In this document: one piece after another, positions 39,223 to 49,141 of the stretch
How the letters are laid out: every line of letters starts with the position of its first letter
Position numbering within the stretch: position 1 is the first letter of the stretch
Assembly (NCBI GenBank): GCA_963752285.1
Contig: CAVVXN010000005.1
Location: forward strand, 1,024,001-1,088,000
From: an uncultured Planctomycetota bacterium
GTDB taxonomy: Bacteria > Planctomycetota > PLA2 > JAEUHO01
Length of the DNA: 64,000 nt
Direction of reading: 5' to 3'
Position numbers and translations under genes: made by a program
Notes under the pieces: generated by a model
The model's database searches: none
Seen by the model: the letters and a program-made list of their open reading frames with translations, nothing else
Told to the model about the DNA's origin: nothing

Positions 39223-39806
39223 GCCGCCGGGGCCCCGCGCTCGAGCTGCAGGGCCACCGCGCCGGCGGACAAGAGCACCTGGAAGGCCTCGCTCACGGGA
39301 AGCGGCGTCGCCACGACGCTCTCCGGCGCCGCCAGGACGAGCCGGCCCAGGGTCGGGTTCGGCGCGCCGGGAACGAAGACGACGAGGCGAGCGGGACGGT
39401 TCGCCTCGGCGACCTCGCCCGTCACGAGCCCGAGCTCGTGGCCCCCCGCGAGCGTGGGCAGGAGCACGACGCGCTTGAAGATCGCGTCTTCGCCCTCGCC
39501 GTAGCCCAGGATCTGCTTGAGCGTCCGATAGAGCCGCCCCAGGGCGGGGAGGTTGTCGAGCAGCCGATCGACGCGCTTCCAGAACCACCGGCCCACGAAC
39601 GTCGTGACGACGAGGCCGAGGAGGTAGACGCCGACGGCCGCCGCCAGGATCCCGAGGCCGGGGAAGTACCACGCCTGGCGCGCGAGCCACGACTCGGAGA
39701 GGGTCCGCTCGGCGAGGACGAGGCCGAGCACGAGCCCCCCCACCGGCAGCACGGCCACGATCCCCGCGACCAGGCAGCGAACGACGTGCGCGGTGACGTA
39801 TTTCAT
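39219..39806 (-). CDS. DUF502 family membrane protein
   Basis: AGIVAVLP, LPALGRLYRTLKQI, VFVPGAPNPTLG. Confidence 0.88.
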   Translation of the reverse strand: MKYVTAHVVRCLVAGIVAVLPVGGLVLGLVLAERTLSESWLARQAWYFPGLGILAAAVGVYLLGLVVTTFVGRWFWKRVDRLLDNLPALGRLYRTLKQILGYGEGEDAIFKRVVLLPTLAGGHELGLVTGEVAEANRPARLVVFVPGAPNPTLGRLVLAAPESVVATPLPVSEAFQVLLSAGAVALQLERGAPAA

Positions 39807-40150
39807 CGCTCCTCCCGGCGGGAGCCGGGCGACCGGCTCCGCGCCTGCCCGTACCATCCGGTTCGGGGTACGGACCGACGCGTTCGGCGCTCCCTCGCGA
39901 GAACGCCGCGCGGGGACCCGGGAGGCCGCGGCGGCGAGGGACACGGGCGGGCCGGCGGGGTTCGGTCCGCGAGGTACGGGAGCCGCGCGCGGGCGGCATG
40001 GACGCATCCGCCTCCTTCGACGCGGCGAACCGGCAGAGGCGCGCGTCCTCGCGCGTTCGAGCGCTCGGCGATCCACCGCGCCGCCCCCTCCCCGCCGAGG
40101 TCGGAGAGCGGGGCGAGCCCGTCGCCGTCCGGGCGGCGCCCTTCCCGGGT

Positions 40151-41158
40151 CTACGGAACGGACACGCCGAGGGTCACGGCGATCTCGCCCGCGTGCGTTC
40201 GGACCGAGACGGTCCGGGTGACCGGCGGCCCGCCCGTCCCGGCGGCGTGGAAGGCCTCGGCGTCTGCGAGTACCGCGGGCAGGGCAAAGGCGATGGCCTC
40301 CGCCGTCCAGAGCTCGGAGGCCGTGGGCGCGCGCGCGACCAGGTCCTCGTCCATCGCGGTCAACCACGGGTACGCGGCCTCGCCCGCGACCTCCCAACCG
40401 TGCTCTCCGACCTCCCTCAGGATCGCTTCGGGAACCGTGTCCCTCGGCTCGAAGTTCAGACCGAGGTGGACCGGCAGGCGCGGCTCCTCCCCTCGATCCA
40501 GCGCCGCCGCCGCGCCCAGGAAATCTTCGAAGTCGCTCGCGCTCGAAAAGAGGAGGACGCCGCGGCTCTCTCCGAGCTGGCCGATGACCGCGGCGACCGC
40601 ACCCCGGATGCCCAACGTCTCGATGTCTACCGAGAGCACGCACGGGTCCCCGGGCACCTTGTTCCAGGGTTCGCACCGGAACAGCGCCGCCGCGGCGCGG
40701 AAGAACGAAGCGCACGCGTCGGGCTCGATGTGCGGCAGGTAGTACGACGCGTCCTCGTCGTCGGAGCTCAGCAGCGCCTCGCCCAAGCGCTCGAAGACGC
40801 CGTCCATCTCCGGCAGCGGCCGACAGACGACCTCGAGTCCCGGATGGCCGGCGCGGAGCGCGTCGGCCAGCGCGTCCGAGGACACGAAGACCCGCTCCGG
40901 GACGTGCGGCGCGCCACACAGAGGCTGCTCCATCGCGCTCCGAAGGCTCTCGGAGGCCATGCCGAGCGTCTCGCCCGGTCGCGCGAGGGTGGAGCCGAGG
41001 ATCTTCCCGTCGGCGCCCACCCACAGCAACAGCTCCGGGCGATACGGCTTCCCGTCGTCGAACGTGTAGGCCGGAAGTGTGGCCATGCCCCCGCGCCAAT
41101 CGACCCGCTCGGTCCCCCGGGCCCCGCGACGGACTCCAGGTCCGCGCTTCTTCGTCAT
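40151..41158 (-). CDS. Hypothetical cytoplasmic protein
   Basis: GAGGAGG RBS; ORF with typical codon usage; 'FFRAAAALFRCEPW', 'VIGQLGESRG'. Confidence 0.7.
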   Translation of the reverse strand: MTKKRGPGVRRGARGTERVDWRGGMATLPAYTFDDGKPYRPELLLWVGADGKILGSTLARPGETLGMASESLRSAMEQPLCGAPHVPERVFVSSDALADALRAGHPGLEVVCRPLPEMDGVFERLGEALLSSDDEDASYYLPHIEPDACASFFRAAAALFRCEPWNKVPGDPCVLSVDIETLGIRGAVAAVIGQLGESRGVLLFSSASDFEDFLGAAAALDRGEEPRLPVHLGLNFEPRDTVPEAILREVGEHGWEVAGEAAYPWLTAMDEDLVARAPTASELWTAEAIAFALPAVLADAEAFHAAGTGGPPVTRTVSVRTHAGEIAVTLGVSVP

Positions 41159-41323
41159 GGGTTGGACCTCCTCACGGCCGCCGGGGTGGCGTGCCTCCCG
41201 GTCACGTGGGCTCGAAGTCTTCCACGGGGAGCCCCCGCTCCGCCGCCAGGGATGCTCCCGGGAGGCCAGCGCCCCGCCCCGCGCCGGTCTCGGCGCAGGG
41301 CGCACGGACCGCGGGGGAGCGCG

Positions 41324-41635
41324 TCACGGCGCCTGCGGCTTCAGCGCGTCCCGGGCGACGTACGCCGTGACCCCGTCCTGGGTCTCGACGCGGAGGTAGG
41401 AGCCGGCGTCCTCCACCACGCGCACGAGGGTTCCCGCGGCGAGGCGTCCGTCCGGCGGCCGAGCCTGCTGAGGACCGGTGACGTAGTACGCGGTCTCGAC
41501 CGTCACCGAATGCGTCGGCTGGAAGGTCGTGGGCCCGGGCCGCGCGCCGCTTTCGTCACGGTCGCCGCAGCCCACCGCGGCCAGGGCGAGTGCGATCGCG
41601 AGGACGACCCGAGGAAGCGAGGCGTCGGTGGGCAT
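41324..41635 (-). CDS. Small lipoprotein with SH3-like domain
   Basis: LAAVGC lipobox; YYVTGPQQARPPDG.L.AGT.V.V...YV. Confidence 0.7.
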   Translation of the reverse strand: MPTDASLPRVVLAIALALAAVGCGDRDESGARPGPTTFQPTHSVTVETAYYVTGPQQARPPDGRLAAGTLVRVVEDAGSYLRVETQDGVTAYVARDALKPQAP

Positions 41636-41789
41636 CGTTCGGTCCTCCCGGATGCGAGGGGCCCCGGTGAGCGTAGCACCCTCGACCGGCGCCCGGCCCG
41701 TGCTCGACCGGCGTCGCGGGCGCGGCGACGTGACCGGCCGCGGCCGCCCTCCGGGCCCCCGCGCCCGGTGCGGTCGCGGGCGTAGGCCC

Positions 41790-42374
41790 TCAGAAGAGGC
41801 CCGGGACGAGCCGGGAGGTATGCGATCGGTACGCCTCGTAGGCCGCGCCGAACTGGTCCACCATGAGTCGTTCCTCGGCGCGAAGCCGGTACACGACGAG
41901 CAGGGCGAAGGTGACCAGGAACGCGGGTCCGGCCACCGCGTTCGGCCCCACCAGGGCCTGGCCCACCCCGAAGAGGAGGAGCGCGGCGTACATGGGGTGC
42001 CGAACGCGCCGGTAGATCCCCTCGGTCACGAGGGCGTGCTGCTCCCGGACCTGGAGCGTGTTCGACCAGTTCGGGCCGAGATCGACGTGGGAGCGCCAGA
42101 GCAGCCACAGACCGAGGAGGTGTACCAGGATGCCCGCGCCGAACGCGGCCGGGCACAGCGGGTAGTCGAACGCGCGGAGGAACGGCGTGGACACCCAGAG
42201 CACCGGGAGGCCGAGGAGACCGACACCGACGAGCCCCACCAGCGTCGGGTCCGTCCATCCCCCGGCCACCCGGACGACCCGCACGCGCGCGGCGCGCCGG
42301 ACGTGCGGCGCGCGGAGCACGAACATCACCACCACGAACGCGAGGAGCGCGACCTTGCCGTAGACGGGGTCCAT
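41790..42374 (-). CDS. Isoprenylcysteine carboxyl methyltransferase family protein
   Basis: SHVDLGPNWS, LVTEGIYRRVRHPMY, RLRAEERLM. Confidence 0.92.
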   Translation of the reverse strand: MDPVYGKVALLAFVVVMFVLRAPHVRRAARVRVVRVAGGWTDPTLVGLVGVGLLGLPVLWVSTPFLRAFDYPLCPAAFGAGILVHLLGLWLLWRSHVDLGPNWSNTLQVREQHALVTEGIYRRVRHPMYAALLLFGVGQALVGPNAVAGPAFLVTFALLVVYRLRAEERLMVDQFGAAYEAYRSHTSRLVPGLF

Positions 42375-42480
42375 CCACAGACCATACGCCGGCGCCGGGC
42401 GGCCGTGCGGGACCGCTGGGCACGCGGCCGCGGTCCCGTCCCCACGGACGAGCGGGTCGTTCGAGCCCACGCGACGGCGC

Positions 42481-43899
42481 TCAGCGTGCGGTCCGGTTCG
42501 CGCGGACCTCGACGTCTCCCGACGCCGCACGCTGCTCGCCCCAGAGCACGACGATGCGGTCTCCGAAGACGCACGGCTGGGGTTCGAACGAGAGCGACGC
42601 GTTCTGGGCGTCCGTGTCGGCCCGCGCCCCCTCGAACGATCGCCCTCCGTCGGTCGAGACGGCGAGGAGGATGTCCGGCTGGTCGGGCGGCATGGGTTGG
42701 GTCTCCCAGGCGACCGCGACCGTCGCGCCCTCGCACGCCAGGCGGACCTGGTGGGCTCCGGGCTCCACGGGCACCGAGGGCAGCCCCACGTCCTCGGCGA
42801 GGAACGTCCCGCCGGCGTCTTCGCTGCGGCGGTACCGAACGGAGGACGTCGGGGAGCGTTGGTCGGACCAGGCCACGTGGACGACGCTTCCCACGAGGCA
42901 CGCAACGGGATCGAACGAGGCCGTGGCGCCCGGCGCGTCCGTATCGAGCCGGGTGTCGATGGGCTGGAAGGTGAGGCCTCCGTCCAGGGAGCGGTTGAAG
43001 AACACGTCTCCGAGGCCGTTTCGTTCGTCGGACCACACGACATCCACGGTGCTTCCCGCGCACACGACGTCGGGGCCCGTGAGCCCGATCGTGGGTGTCG
43101 CGGCGTGGGTCACCGAGACGTCGTCGGGCAGGAACGTCGCACCTCCGTCCAAGGAGCTGCTCAGCCGGACCGCACCCTGGTCAAGACCGTCGCGAAGGTC
43201 GATCCACGCGACGTAGACGTGCAGGCCGTCGCAACACATGTGCACCGTGTGGGAGTCCGCTCCGCCGGGGACGTCCGTCTCGATCGGGAGGTCCGGGTCG
43301 GGAAACGAGGCGCCCCCGTCGGTGGACCGGTTGTAGAAGACGTCCCGCGCTCCGTTCCGGCCGTCCGCCCACGCCACGTGGACCGTGTCGCCCTCGCAGC
43401 AGAGCGCCGGCGTGTCGGGCAGGACGCCCGGGCCCAGGACGTCGCTCACCCGGACGCTGGTGGGCAGGAACGTCGTCCCGGCGTCGATCGAGCGGTCGAG
43501 GCGGATCTCGGAGCTGTTCCCCAGGGACGACCGGTACGCGATGAAGACGCGGTCCCCGTCGCAGGCGATCGCGACCCGGCCCGCCTCGCGGAGGGGATCG
43601 CCCACGCGGATGGGGTCGGCCAGCCAGGTGGCGCCGCCGTCGAGGGACCGGTTGAACCTCACGGCGTCGGGCGCGCTGTTCGACCGCTCGGCCCAGACGA
43701 CGTAGACCTTCGCGCCCGCGTGGCAGGCGAGCACCTCGTTGGACGTGGTGCCCGGCGACATCGGGCTCACGAGCAGGTCCTCGGCCCGCAGGGGCAGGGG
43801 TGAGACGTCGTGTCCCCCCCCGCCACCGCCTCCGCAGGCGACGAGCCCCGCCATCGCGAGGACCCAGAGCACGAACGATGCGGGCACGGTCTTGACCAT
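42481..43899 (-). CDS. BNR/Asp-box repeat (sialidase-like beta-propeller) lipoprotein
   Basis: LVAC lipobox; seven S-x-D-(G/A)-G-x-(T/S)-(W/F) Asp-boxes. Confidence 0.85.
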   Translation of the reverse strand: MVKTVPASFVLWVLAMAGLVACGGGGGGGHDVSPLPLRAEDLLVSPMSPGTTSNEVLACHAGAKVYVVWAERSNSAPDAVRFNRSLDGGATWLADPIRVGDPLREAGRVAIACDGDRVFIAYRSSLGNSSEIRLDRSIDAGTTFLPTSVRVSDVLGPGVLPDTPALCCEGDTVHVAWADGRNGARDVFYNRSTDGGASFPDPDLPIETDVPGGADSHTVHMCCDGLHVYVAWIDLRDGLDQGAVRLSSSLDGGATFLPDDVSVTHAATPTIGLTGPDVVCAGSTVDVVWSDERNGLGDVFFNRSLDGGLTFQPIDTRLDTDAPGATASFDPVACLVGSVVHVAWSDQRSPTSSVRYRRSEDAGGTFLAEDVGLPSVPVEPGAHQVRLACEGATVAVAWETQPMPPDQPDILLAVSTDGGRSFEGARADTDAQNASLSFEPQPCVFGDRIVVLWGEQRAASGDVEVRANRTAR

Positions 43900-44180
43900 C
43901 GGAGGTCCTCCGGGCTCACGGCACGGCGGCCGGCGACGCCGCGGGCGCCTTGGGCCTGGCTGCGCCGAGCTCGCGACGCCGATGGGGAGTGGCCGCGCGC
44001 GGCGCGGGATTACCCGCGCTTCCGGGGCGCCCGCGAGGAGCCGCCGGGGCGGGGCCGCGGTCCCGGAGCGGCGTGGCGACGGAGGAGCGCACTGGCCAGG
44101 GCGCGCCCCGGGGAGGTGGAATCCCCATCCGTCCGCCGAGGCCCTGGGCCGCGCCGCCCTCGGTCGGATCGGAGGCCCGG

Positions 44181-45860
44181 ATGGCAGAAGTCACGTCCCC
44201 GGTCGTGCAAAGCCGGCTCTCGAGGCTCGAGCAGGCCTTTCCCTCGCTCACGCCCGCGCAGCTCGCGCGTGTCCGGGCGCACGGGGTCGAGCAGACCGTC
44301 CGCGCCGGCGAGGTGTTGGTCGAGGCGGGCGACCGCGACGTGCCGCTCTTCGTCGTCACGTCGGGACGGATCGAGGCCGTCCGACCGTGCGAGAGCGAGC
44401 GGACCCCGGTGGCCCTCGTCGGCCCGGGACAGTTCACCGGGGAAGTCGGGATCCTCTCGAGCCGTCCCGCGATGTTTCGTCTCCGGGCGAAGGAGGCGGG
44501 CCGGGTGATCCGCGTGGAGCACGGCCCGCTCCTCCAGCTCGTGCAGAACGGCGACGAGGTGGGCGAGGTCTTGATGCGCGCCTTCATCCTCCGCCGGGTG
44601 GAGCTCGTGGCGCAGGGGCTCGGTGACGTCGTGGTGGTCGGCTCGGTCTACTGCGCCGCGACGCTCCGGGTGCGGGAGTTCCTGACGCGGAACGCGCACC
44701 CGTACGCCTATGTGGACCTCGAGCGGGAGGACGACGTCCAGAGCCTGCTCGACCGGTTCCACGTGGGACTCGACGACGTGCCGGTCGTCATCTGTCGCGG
44801 TCACCTGGTCCTTCGGAATCCCACCAACCAGCAGATCGCCGACTGTCTCGGCCTGAACGCGGAGATCGACACGGAGCGGGCCCGCGACCTCGTGGTGGTC
44901 GGGGCCGGTCCGGCCGGCCTGGCCGCCGCGGTGTACGCCGCGTCGGAGGGCCTCGACGTACTCGTGCTCGAGTCGGAGTCGCCCGGCGGGCAGGCCGGGT
45001 CGAGCTCGAAGATCGAGAACTACCTCGGCTTTCCGACCGGAGTCTCCGGACAGGAGCTCGCCAGTCGCGCCTACTCCCAGGCCCAGAAGTTCGGAGCCGA
45101 GCTGATGGTCGCGAGCGGGGCCCACCACCTCGACTGCGACGCGCGGCCCTTCGCGCTCGTCCTCGAAGACGGTCGGCGCATCCCGGCGCGGTGCGTGATC
45201 ATCGCGTCCGGGGCTCGGTACCGAAGGCTGCCCGTGCCCAACCTCTCGCGCTTCGAGGGCGCGGGCGTCTACTACGCGGCGAGCTTCATGGAGGCGCAGC
45301 TCTGCACGGGCGAGGAGGTGGTGGTGGTCGGCGCCGGAAACTCCGCCGGTCAGGCGGCGGTGTTCCTCGCCCAGACGACCGCGCGCGTCCACCTCCTCGT
45401 TCGCGGGAGCGGCCTCGCGGCGTCGATGTCGCGTTACCTCGTCCAGCGCATCGAAGACAACCCGGCGATCGTCGTCCGGACGCGGACCCAGGTCGTGGCG
45501 CTCGACGGGAATCACCACCTGGAGCGCGTTCGCTGGCGCGACGACGCGAGCGGGGAGACCGAGGAGCACCCGGTCCGCCACGTGTTCCTGATGACCGGCG
45601 CGGTGCCCAGCACGGACTGGCTCGACGCGTGCGTCGCGCTCGACGGGAGAGGGTTCATCAAGACCGGGCCGGCGCTGACGGGCGAAGACCTCGCCGCGGC
45701 GGGCTGGCCCCTTCCTCGACGTCCGCATCTCCTCGAGACCAGCCGGCCCGGCGTGTTCGCCGTGGGCGACGTCCGAGGCGGCAACGTGAAGCGCGTGGCG
45801 GCGGCGGTCGGAGAGGGATCGATCGCCATCTCGTTCGTGCACGAGGTGCTCCGGGGGTAG
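44181..45860 (+). CDS. cNMP-binding domain fused to thioredoxin-reductase-like FAD oxidoreductase
   Basis: N-terminal cNMP (GQFTGE), GAGPAGL, IENYLGFP, GAGNSAGQAA, FAVGDVR; GGAGG RBS. Confidence 0.92.
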   Translation: MAEVTSPVVQSRLSRLEQAFPSLTPAQLARVRAHGVEQTVRAGEVLVEAGDRDVPLFVVTSGRIEAVRPCESERTPVALVGPGQFTGEVGILSSRPAMFRLRAKEAGRVIRVEHGPLLQLVQNGDEVGEVLMRAFILRRVELVAQGLGDVVVVGSVYCAATLRVREFLTRNAHPYAYVDLEREDDVQSLLDRFHVGLDDVPVVICRGHLVLRNPTNQQIADCLGLNAEIDTERARDLVVVGAGPAGLAAAVYAASEGLDVLVLESESPGGQAGSSSKIENYLGFPTGVSGQELASRAYSQAQKFGAELMVASGAHHLDCDARPFALVLEDGRRIPARCVIIASGARYRRLPVPNLSRFEGAGVYYAASFMEAQLCTGEEVVVVGAGNSAGQAAVFLAQTTARVHLLVRGSGLAASMSRYLVQRIEDNPAIVVRTRTQVVALDGNHHLERVRWRDDASGETEEHPVRHVFLMTGAVPSTDWLDACVALDGRGFIKTGPALTGEDLAAAGWPLPRRPHLLETSRPGVFAVGDVRGGNVKRVAAAVGEGSIAISFVHEVLRG

Positions 45861-45913
45861 TCCCCGTCGCGCGGGCGGGAGACGGCGTCCGCTCGCCGGG
45901 GCGAACCGAGGCG

Positions 45914-46825
45914 CTACGCGAAGCGCTCGACGAAGCGCGCGATCCAACGGTCGCGCTGCTCGGGGCGCCAGCCTTCCTCGCAGGCCTCGACCTGCCGGAG
46001 CGTGCAGCAGAGGCCGTCGAACCGGACGCGCCGGTAGAGCTCCGGGTCGCCGGGCCCGCCGTACGCCTCGAGCGCGGCGTCGAGGCACGCGTCTCCGAGC
46101 TCGACCCACAGGCCGACGAAGTCGGCCGCCGGATCGCCCGGTCCCGTGTCGGCCCAGTCGATCAGTCCGGTCAGCTCGTGGGTGGTCGCGTGGACGAGCA
46201 CGTGCTCCGGCCCGAGGTCCCGGTGCAGGACGACCCGATGCGTCCCGGGCGGCGGCGGCTCGGCGAGGGCCTTCCGCGCGGACCGCGCGGCCTTCGGGCC
46301 CAGGCGGTCGGCGAGGGTCGCGAGCACCCCTTGCGCTTCGGCGACGACGACGTCTCTCTCGTCCCGTGGGCTCGGCGCCGGCGGGAGGACGTCGAGCGGC
46401 ACGGCGTGAACGACGCGGAGCGCACGGCCCACGCGCCGTCCGAGCCGCGCGGCCGCGCCCGCGCCCACGGCGTCGAGGGCCAGGGCGTCGAGGGGCACGC
46501 CCGGAAGCCGCCGGTACCCGACGAACGGGAGCGGGAACGCCGCGGAGGCCTCGCCGTAGAAGCGATCGCGCGGGATCGGCGCGTCGCAGGTCTCGTCGAT
46601 CGCGTCGAGGACGCTCCGCTCCCGGGCGAGCCAGGGCCGAACGCCCTCGCGCTTCGGGAACCGCAGGAGCCAGGCGTCCCCCACCGCGAACACGGTGAAG
46701 TCCCATCCCTCGTCGAAGTACCGGACCGGCAGGCCCGCGAGCGCCGGCACCTGGGCCCGCACGACCTGCGCGACCGTCTCGGCGTTCGGCCGGTGCTGGG
46801 CCTCCCAAGGTCGCGGACTCGACAT
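45914..46825 (-). CDS. Aminoglycoside phosphotransferase (APH/choline kinase-like) family protein
   Basis: EGWDF, LLRFP, LHRDLGPEHVL, GLIDWAD...GDPAAD. Confidence 0.88.
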   Translation of the reverse strand: MSSPRPWEAQHRPNAETVAQVVRAQVPALAGLPVRYFDEGWDFTVFAVGDAWLLRFPKREGVRPWLARERSVLDAIDETCDAPIPRDRFYGEASAAFPLPFVGYRRLPGVPLDALALDAVGAGAAARLGRRVGRALRVVHAVPLDVLPPAPSPRDERDVVVAEAQGVLATLADRLGPKAARSARKALAEPPPPGTHRVVLHRDLGPEHVLVHATTHELTGLIDWADTGPGDPAADFVGLWVELGDACLDAALEAYGGPGDPELYRRVRFDGLCCTLRQVEACEEGWRPEQRDRWIARFVERFA

Positions 46826-47032
46826 GGCGCGGGGTGTACCACGCGCGCGGGATCCCTCCGTCCGTCGCCCTCCCTCCCCCCCCCTCGCACCGTGGACCGC
46901 GCGAGGCGTGTCCGCCTGGGCGCCCGCCAGGGCGCGCGTCCCCCGTGCGAGGTGCCGCCGTCCCCGGGCCCGACGTCTTGGAGCCCCTGCCACGCGGTGC
47001 GGGGGGGCCCTGCCCGGGGGTGCGGGAAGGGC

Positions 47033-47060
47033 TTGCCGATTACTTGGGATCCCATATTTT
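47033..47060 (+). promoter_or_regulatory. Putative sigma70-type promoter with palindromic operator upstream of marR
   Basis: TTGCCG-16 nt-TATTTT; palindrome TGGGATCCCA (47045-47054) in the spacer. Confidence 0.55.
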
Positions 47061-47068
47061 TGCCCGGC

Positions 47069-47548
47069 GTGCAAGACACCGTGCTCAGGACGATGGACGC
47101 GCTGCGGCAGCTGGTCCGTGCGCTTCGACTCTCGGCGGCCCGCGCCCAGAAGGCCTACGGCGTCTCCTCGGCCCAGCTCTTCGTGCTCGAACAGCTCGCG
47201 CTGCACCCGGCGCTCTCCCTCGGGGAGCTCGCCGAGGCGACGGCCACGGACCCGAGCTCCGTCTCGGTGGTGGTGGCGCGTCTCTCGAAGCGCGGGCTGG
47301 TCGCGCGCGGCGTGTCCGAGGGCGACGGGCGGAAGGCCGAGCTCCGCCTGTCTTCCCGGGGCCGCCGCCTGCTGCGGAAGATGCCTGCGACCCCGCAGTC
47401 CCGCCTCGTGGAGGCGCTGCGGCGCCTGCCGCGCCGACAGCTCACGGCCCTCCTGGCGGGCATGAACGCGCTCGTCCACGCAATCGGCGGGGCGGGCGAC
47501 GAGCCCGAGATGTTCTTCGAGCGCGAAGGTCGCCGTGAGCGACCATGA
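47069..47548 (+). CDS. MarR family transcriptional regulator
   Basis: GVSSAQLFVL, SLGELA, SSVSVVVARL..RGLV.R, DGRK..L.LS..GR. Confidence 0.9.
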   Translation: MQDTVLRTMDALRQLVRALRLSAARAQKAYGVSSAQLFVLEQLALHPALSLGELAEATATDPSSVSVVVARLSKRGLVARGVSEGDGRKAELRLSSRGRRLLRKMPATPQSRLVEALRRLPRRQLTALLAGMNALVHAIGGAGDEPEMFFEREGRRERP

Positions 47549-48911
47549 GGCGCTCGGCGCCTCGACCACGGACGGCCTTCCCGTCGCGCCCTCGCTCGGA
47601 CCGGGCCTCGCCGCCGAGCACGTCCGGCCGCGCGCCACCGGCATCGACCGCCGGGTCGTGCGGCTGGCGGGCCTGGCCCTGCTCGTCGGCCTCGGCTCCG
47701 CGCTGATGGCGCAGGGTCTCACCGCGCTGATCGGCCTCGTCACGAATCTCTCGTTCTACGGAAGATGGTCGCCGGCCTTCGTGTCGCCGGCCGGAAACCG
47801 CCTCGGCTGGTTCGTGGCCCTGGTGCCGGCGGCTGGCGGTCTCGTCGTGGGTCTCATCGCGCGGTACGGGTCGGAGGCCATCCGCGGCCACGGCATCCCC
47901 GAGGCGATGGAGCAGGTGCTCCGCAACGAGAGCCGGATCCCCGGCCGCCTGACGTTCCTCAAGCCTCTCTCCGCCGCGGTGGCCATCGGCACCGGAGGCC
48001 CCTTCGGCGCGGAGGGCCCCATCATCGCGGGCGGCGGCGCGCTCGGCTCGCTGGTCGGACAGCTCCGCATCTGCACAGCGCACGAGCGAAAGACGCTGCT
48101 CGCCGCGGGGGCCGCGGCCGGGATGGCAGCCACCTTCGGCACGCCGGTCTCCGCGGTGCTCCTCGCCGTCGAGCTGCTCCTCTTCGAGTACCGCGCGCGC
48201 TCTCTCATCCCCGTGGCGCTCGCCGCGGTCGTCGCCACCGCGATGCGGACGGTATTCGTCGGACCGATCTCGGCCTTCGCCATGCCTGTCGTGGGGCCGA
48301 CGCCGTCCCTCGCGTTGATCGCGTACGCCGCGCTGGGCGCCGTCCTCGGTGCCGCGGCCACCCTCGTCACGCGCCTCGTCTACCGGATCGAGGACGCGTT
48401 CTGCTCGCTGCCTCTCCACTGGATGTGGTGGCCCGCCCTCGGCGCGATACCCGTAGGCGTCATCGGCTTCTTTGCGCCGAGGACCCTCGGCGTGGGCTAC
48501 GAGAACATACGGGGGCTGCTCGCCGGAGACCTCGCGACCACCACGGCCGCGGCGCTCTGCGTGCTGAAGCTGGCGTCCTGGTCGATCGCTCTCGGCAGCG
48601 GCACGTCGGGCGGAACCCTGGCTCCGCTCTTCACCATCGGCGGAGCGCTGGGATCGCTCTTCGGCGCGGCGGCGGGTCTGGACCCTCGGGTGGCCGCGCT
48701 CGTGGGCATGGCGGCGCTCTTCGCGGGGGCCTCGCGCGCCCTCCTGGCCTCCGTCGTCTTCGCCGTCGAGACGACGGGTCGGATGGAAGGGGTCCTCCCG
48801 GTCCTCCTCGGGTGCGCCGCCGCGTATCTGGTGTCTGCGTTGACGATGCGAAGCTCGATCATGACCGAGAGGCTCGCGCGCCGAGGGCACGCCCCGCCCG
48901 ACTGGGCCTGA
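47535..48911 (+). CDS. ClC-family chloride channel/transporter without CBS domains
   Basis: GHGIPE, GGPFGAEGP, GTSGGTLAP; multi-TM. Confidence 0.92.
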   Translation: MSDHEALGASTTDGLPVAPSLGPGLAAEHVRPRATGIDRRVVRLAGLALLVGLGSALMAQGLTALIGLVTNLSFYGRWSPAFVSPAGNRLGWFVALVPAAGGLVVGLIARYGSEAIRGHGIPEAMEQVLRNESRIPGRLTFLKPLSAAVAIGTGGPFGAEGPIIAGGGALGSLVGQLRICTAHERKTLLAAGAAAGMAATFGTPVSAVLLAVELLLFEYRARSLIPVALAAVVATAMRTVFVGPISAFAMPVVGPTPSLALIAYAALGAVLGAAATLVTRLVYRIEDAFCSLPLHWMWWPALGAIPVGVIGFFAPRTLGVGYENIRGLLAGDLATTTAAALCVLKLASWSIALGSGTSGGTLAPLFTIGGALGSLFGAAAGLDPRVAALVGMAALFAGASRALLASVVFAVETTGRMEGVLPVLLGCAAAYLVSALTMRSSIMTERLARRGHAPPDWA

Positions 48912-48939
48912 GACCGAAGACCGAGGACCGAGGACCCAG
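48912..48939 (+). repeat. Four tandem 7-bp repeats GACC(G/C)A(A/G)
   Basis: GACCGAA GACCGAG GACCGAG GACCCAG directly after the ClC stop. Confidence 0.7.
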
Positions 48940-49141
48940 GATCGCGCTCCGGTGCCGCGCGCGCGGCGGGATCCACCGTCGAGCGAGGTCGTCAGGGCGG
49001 GAGGCGGAGGGCGACGCCGAGGCCGGACAGGAGGAGCGCCCCAGGAGGAGCCAGAGGACGTAGTCCTGGACGTGTCCGTCGTGGACGGCCCGGAGCTGGA
49101 ACGGCGCGATGTCGAAAATCCGTGCCGGGAGTCGGATCGTG

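Noticed and set aside
45914..46825. Calling the APH-family gene an antibiotic resistance gene
   Set aside because: Family motifs only; the substrate cannot be inferred from sequence.
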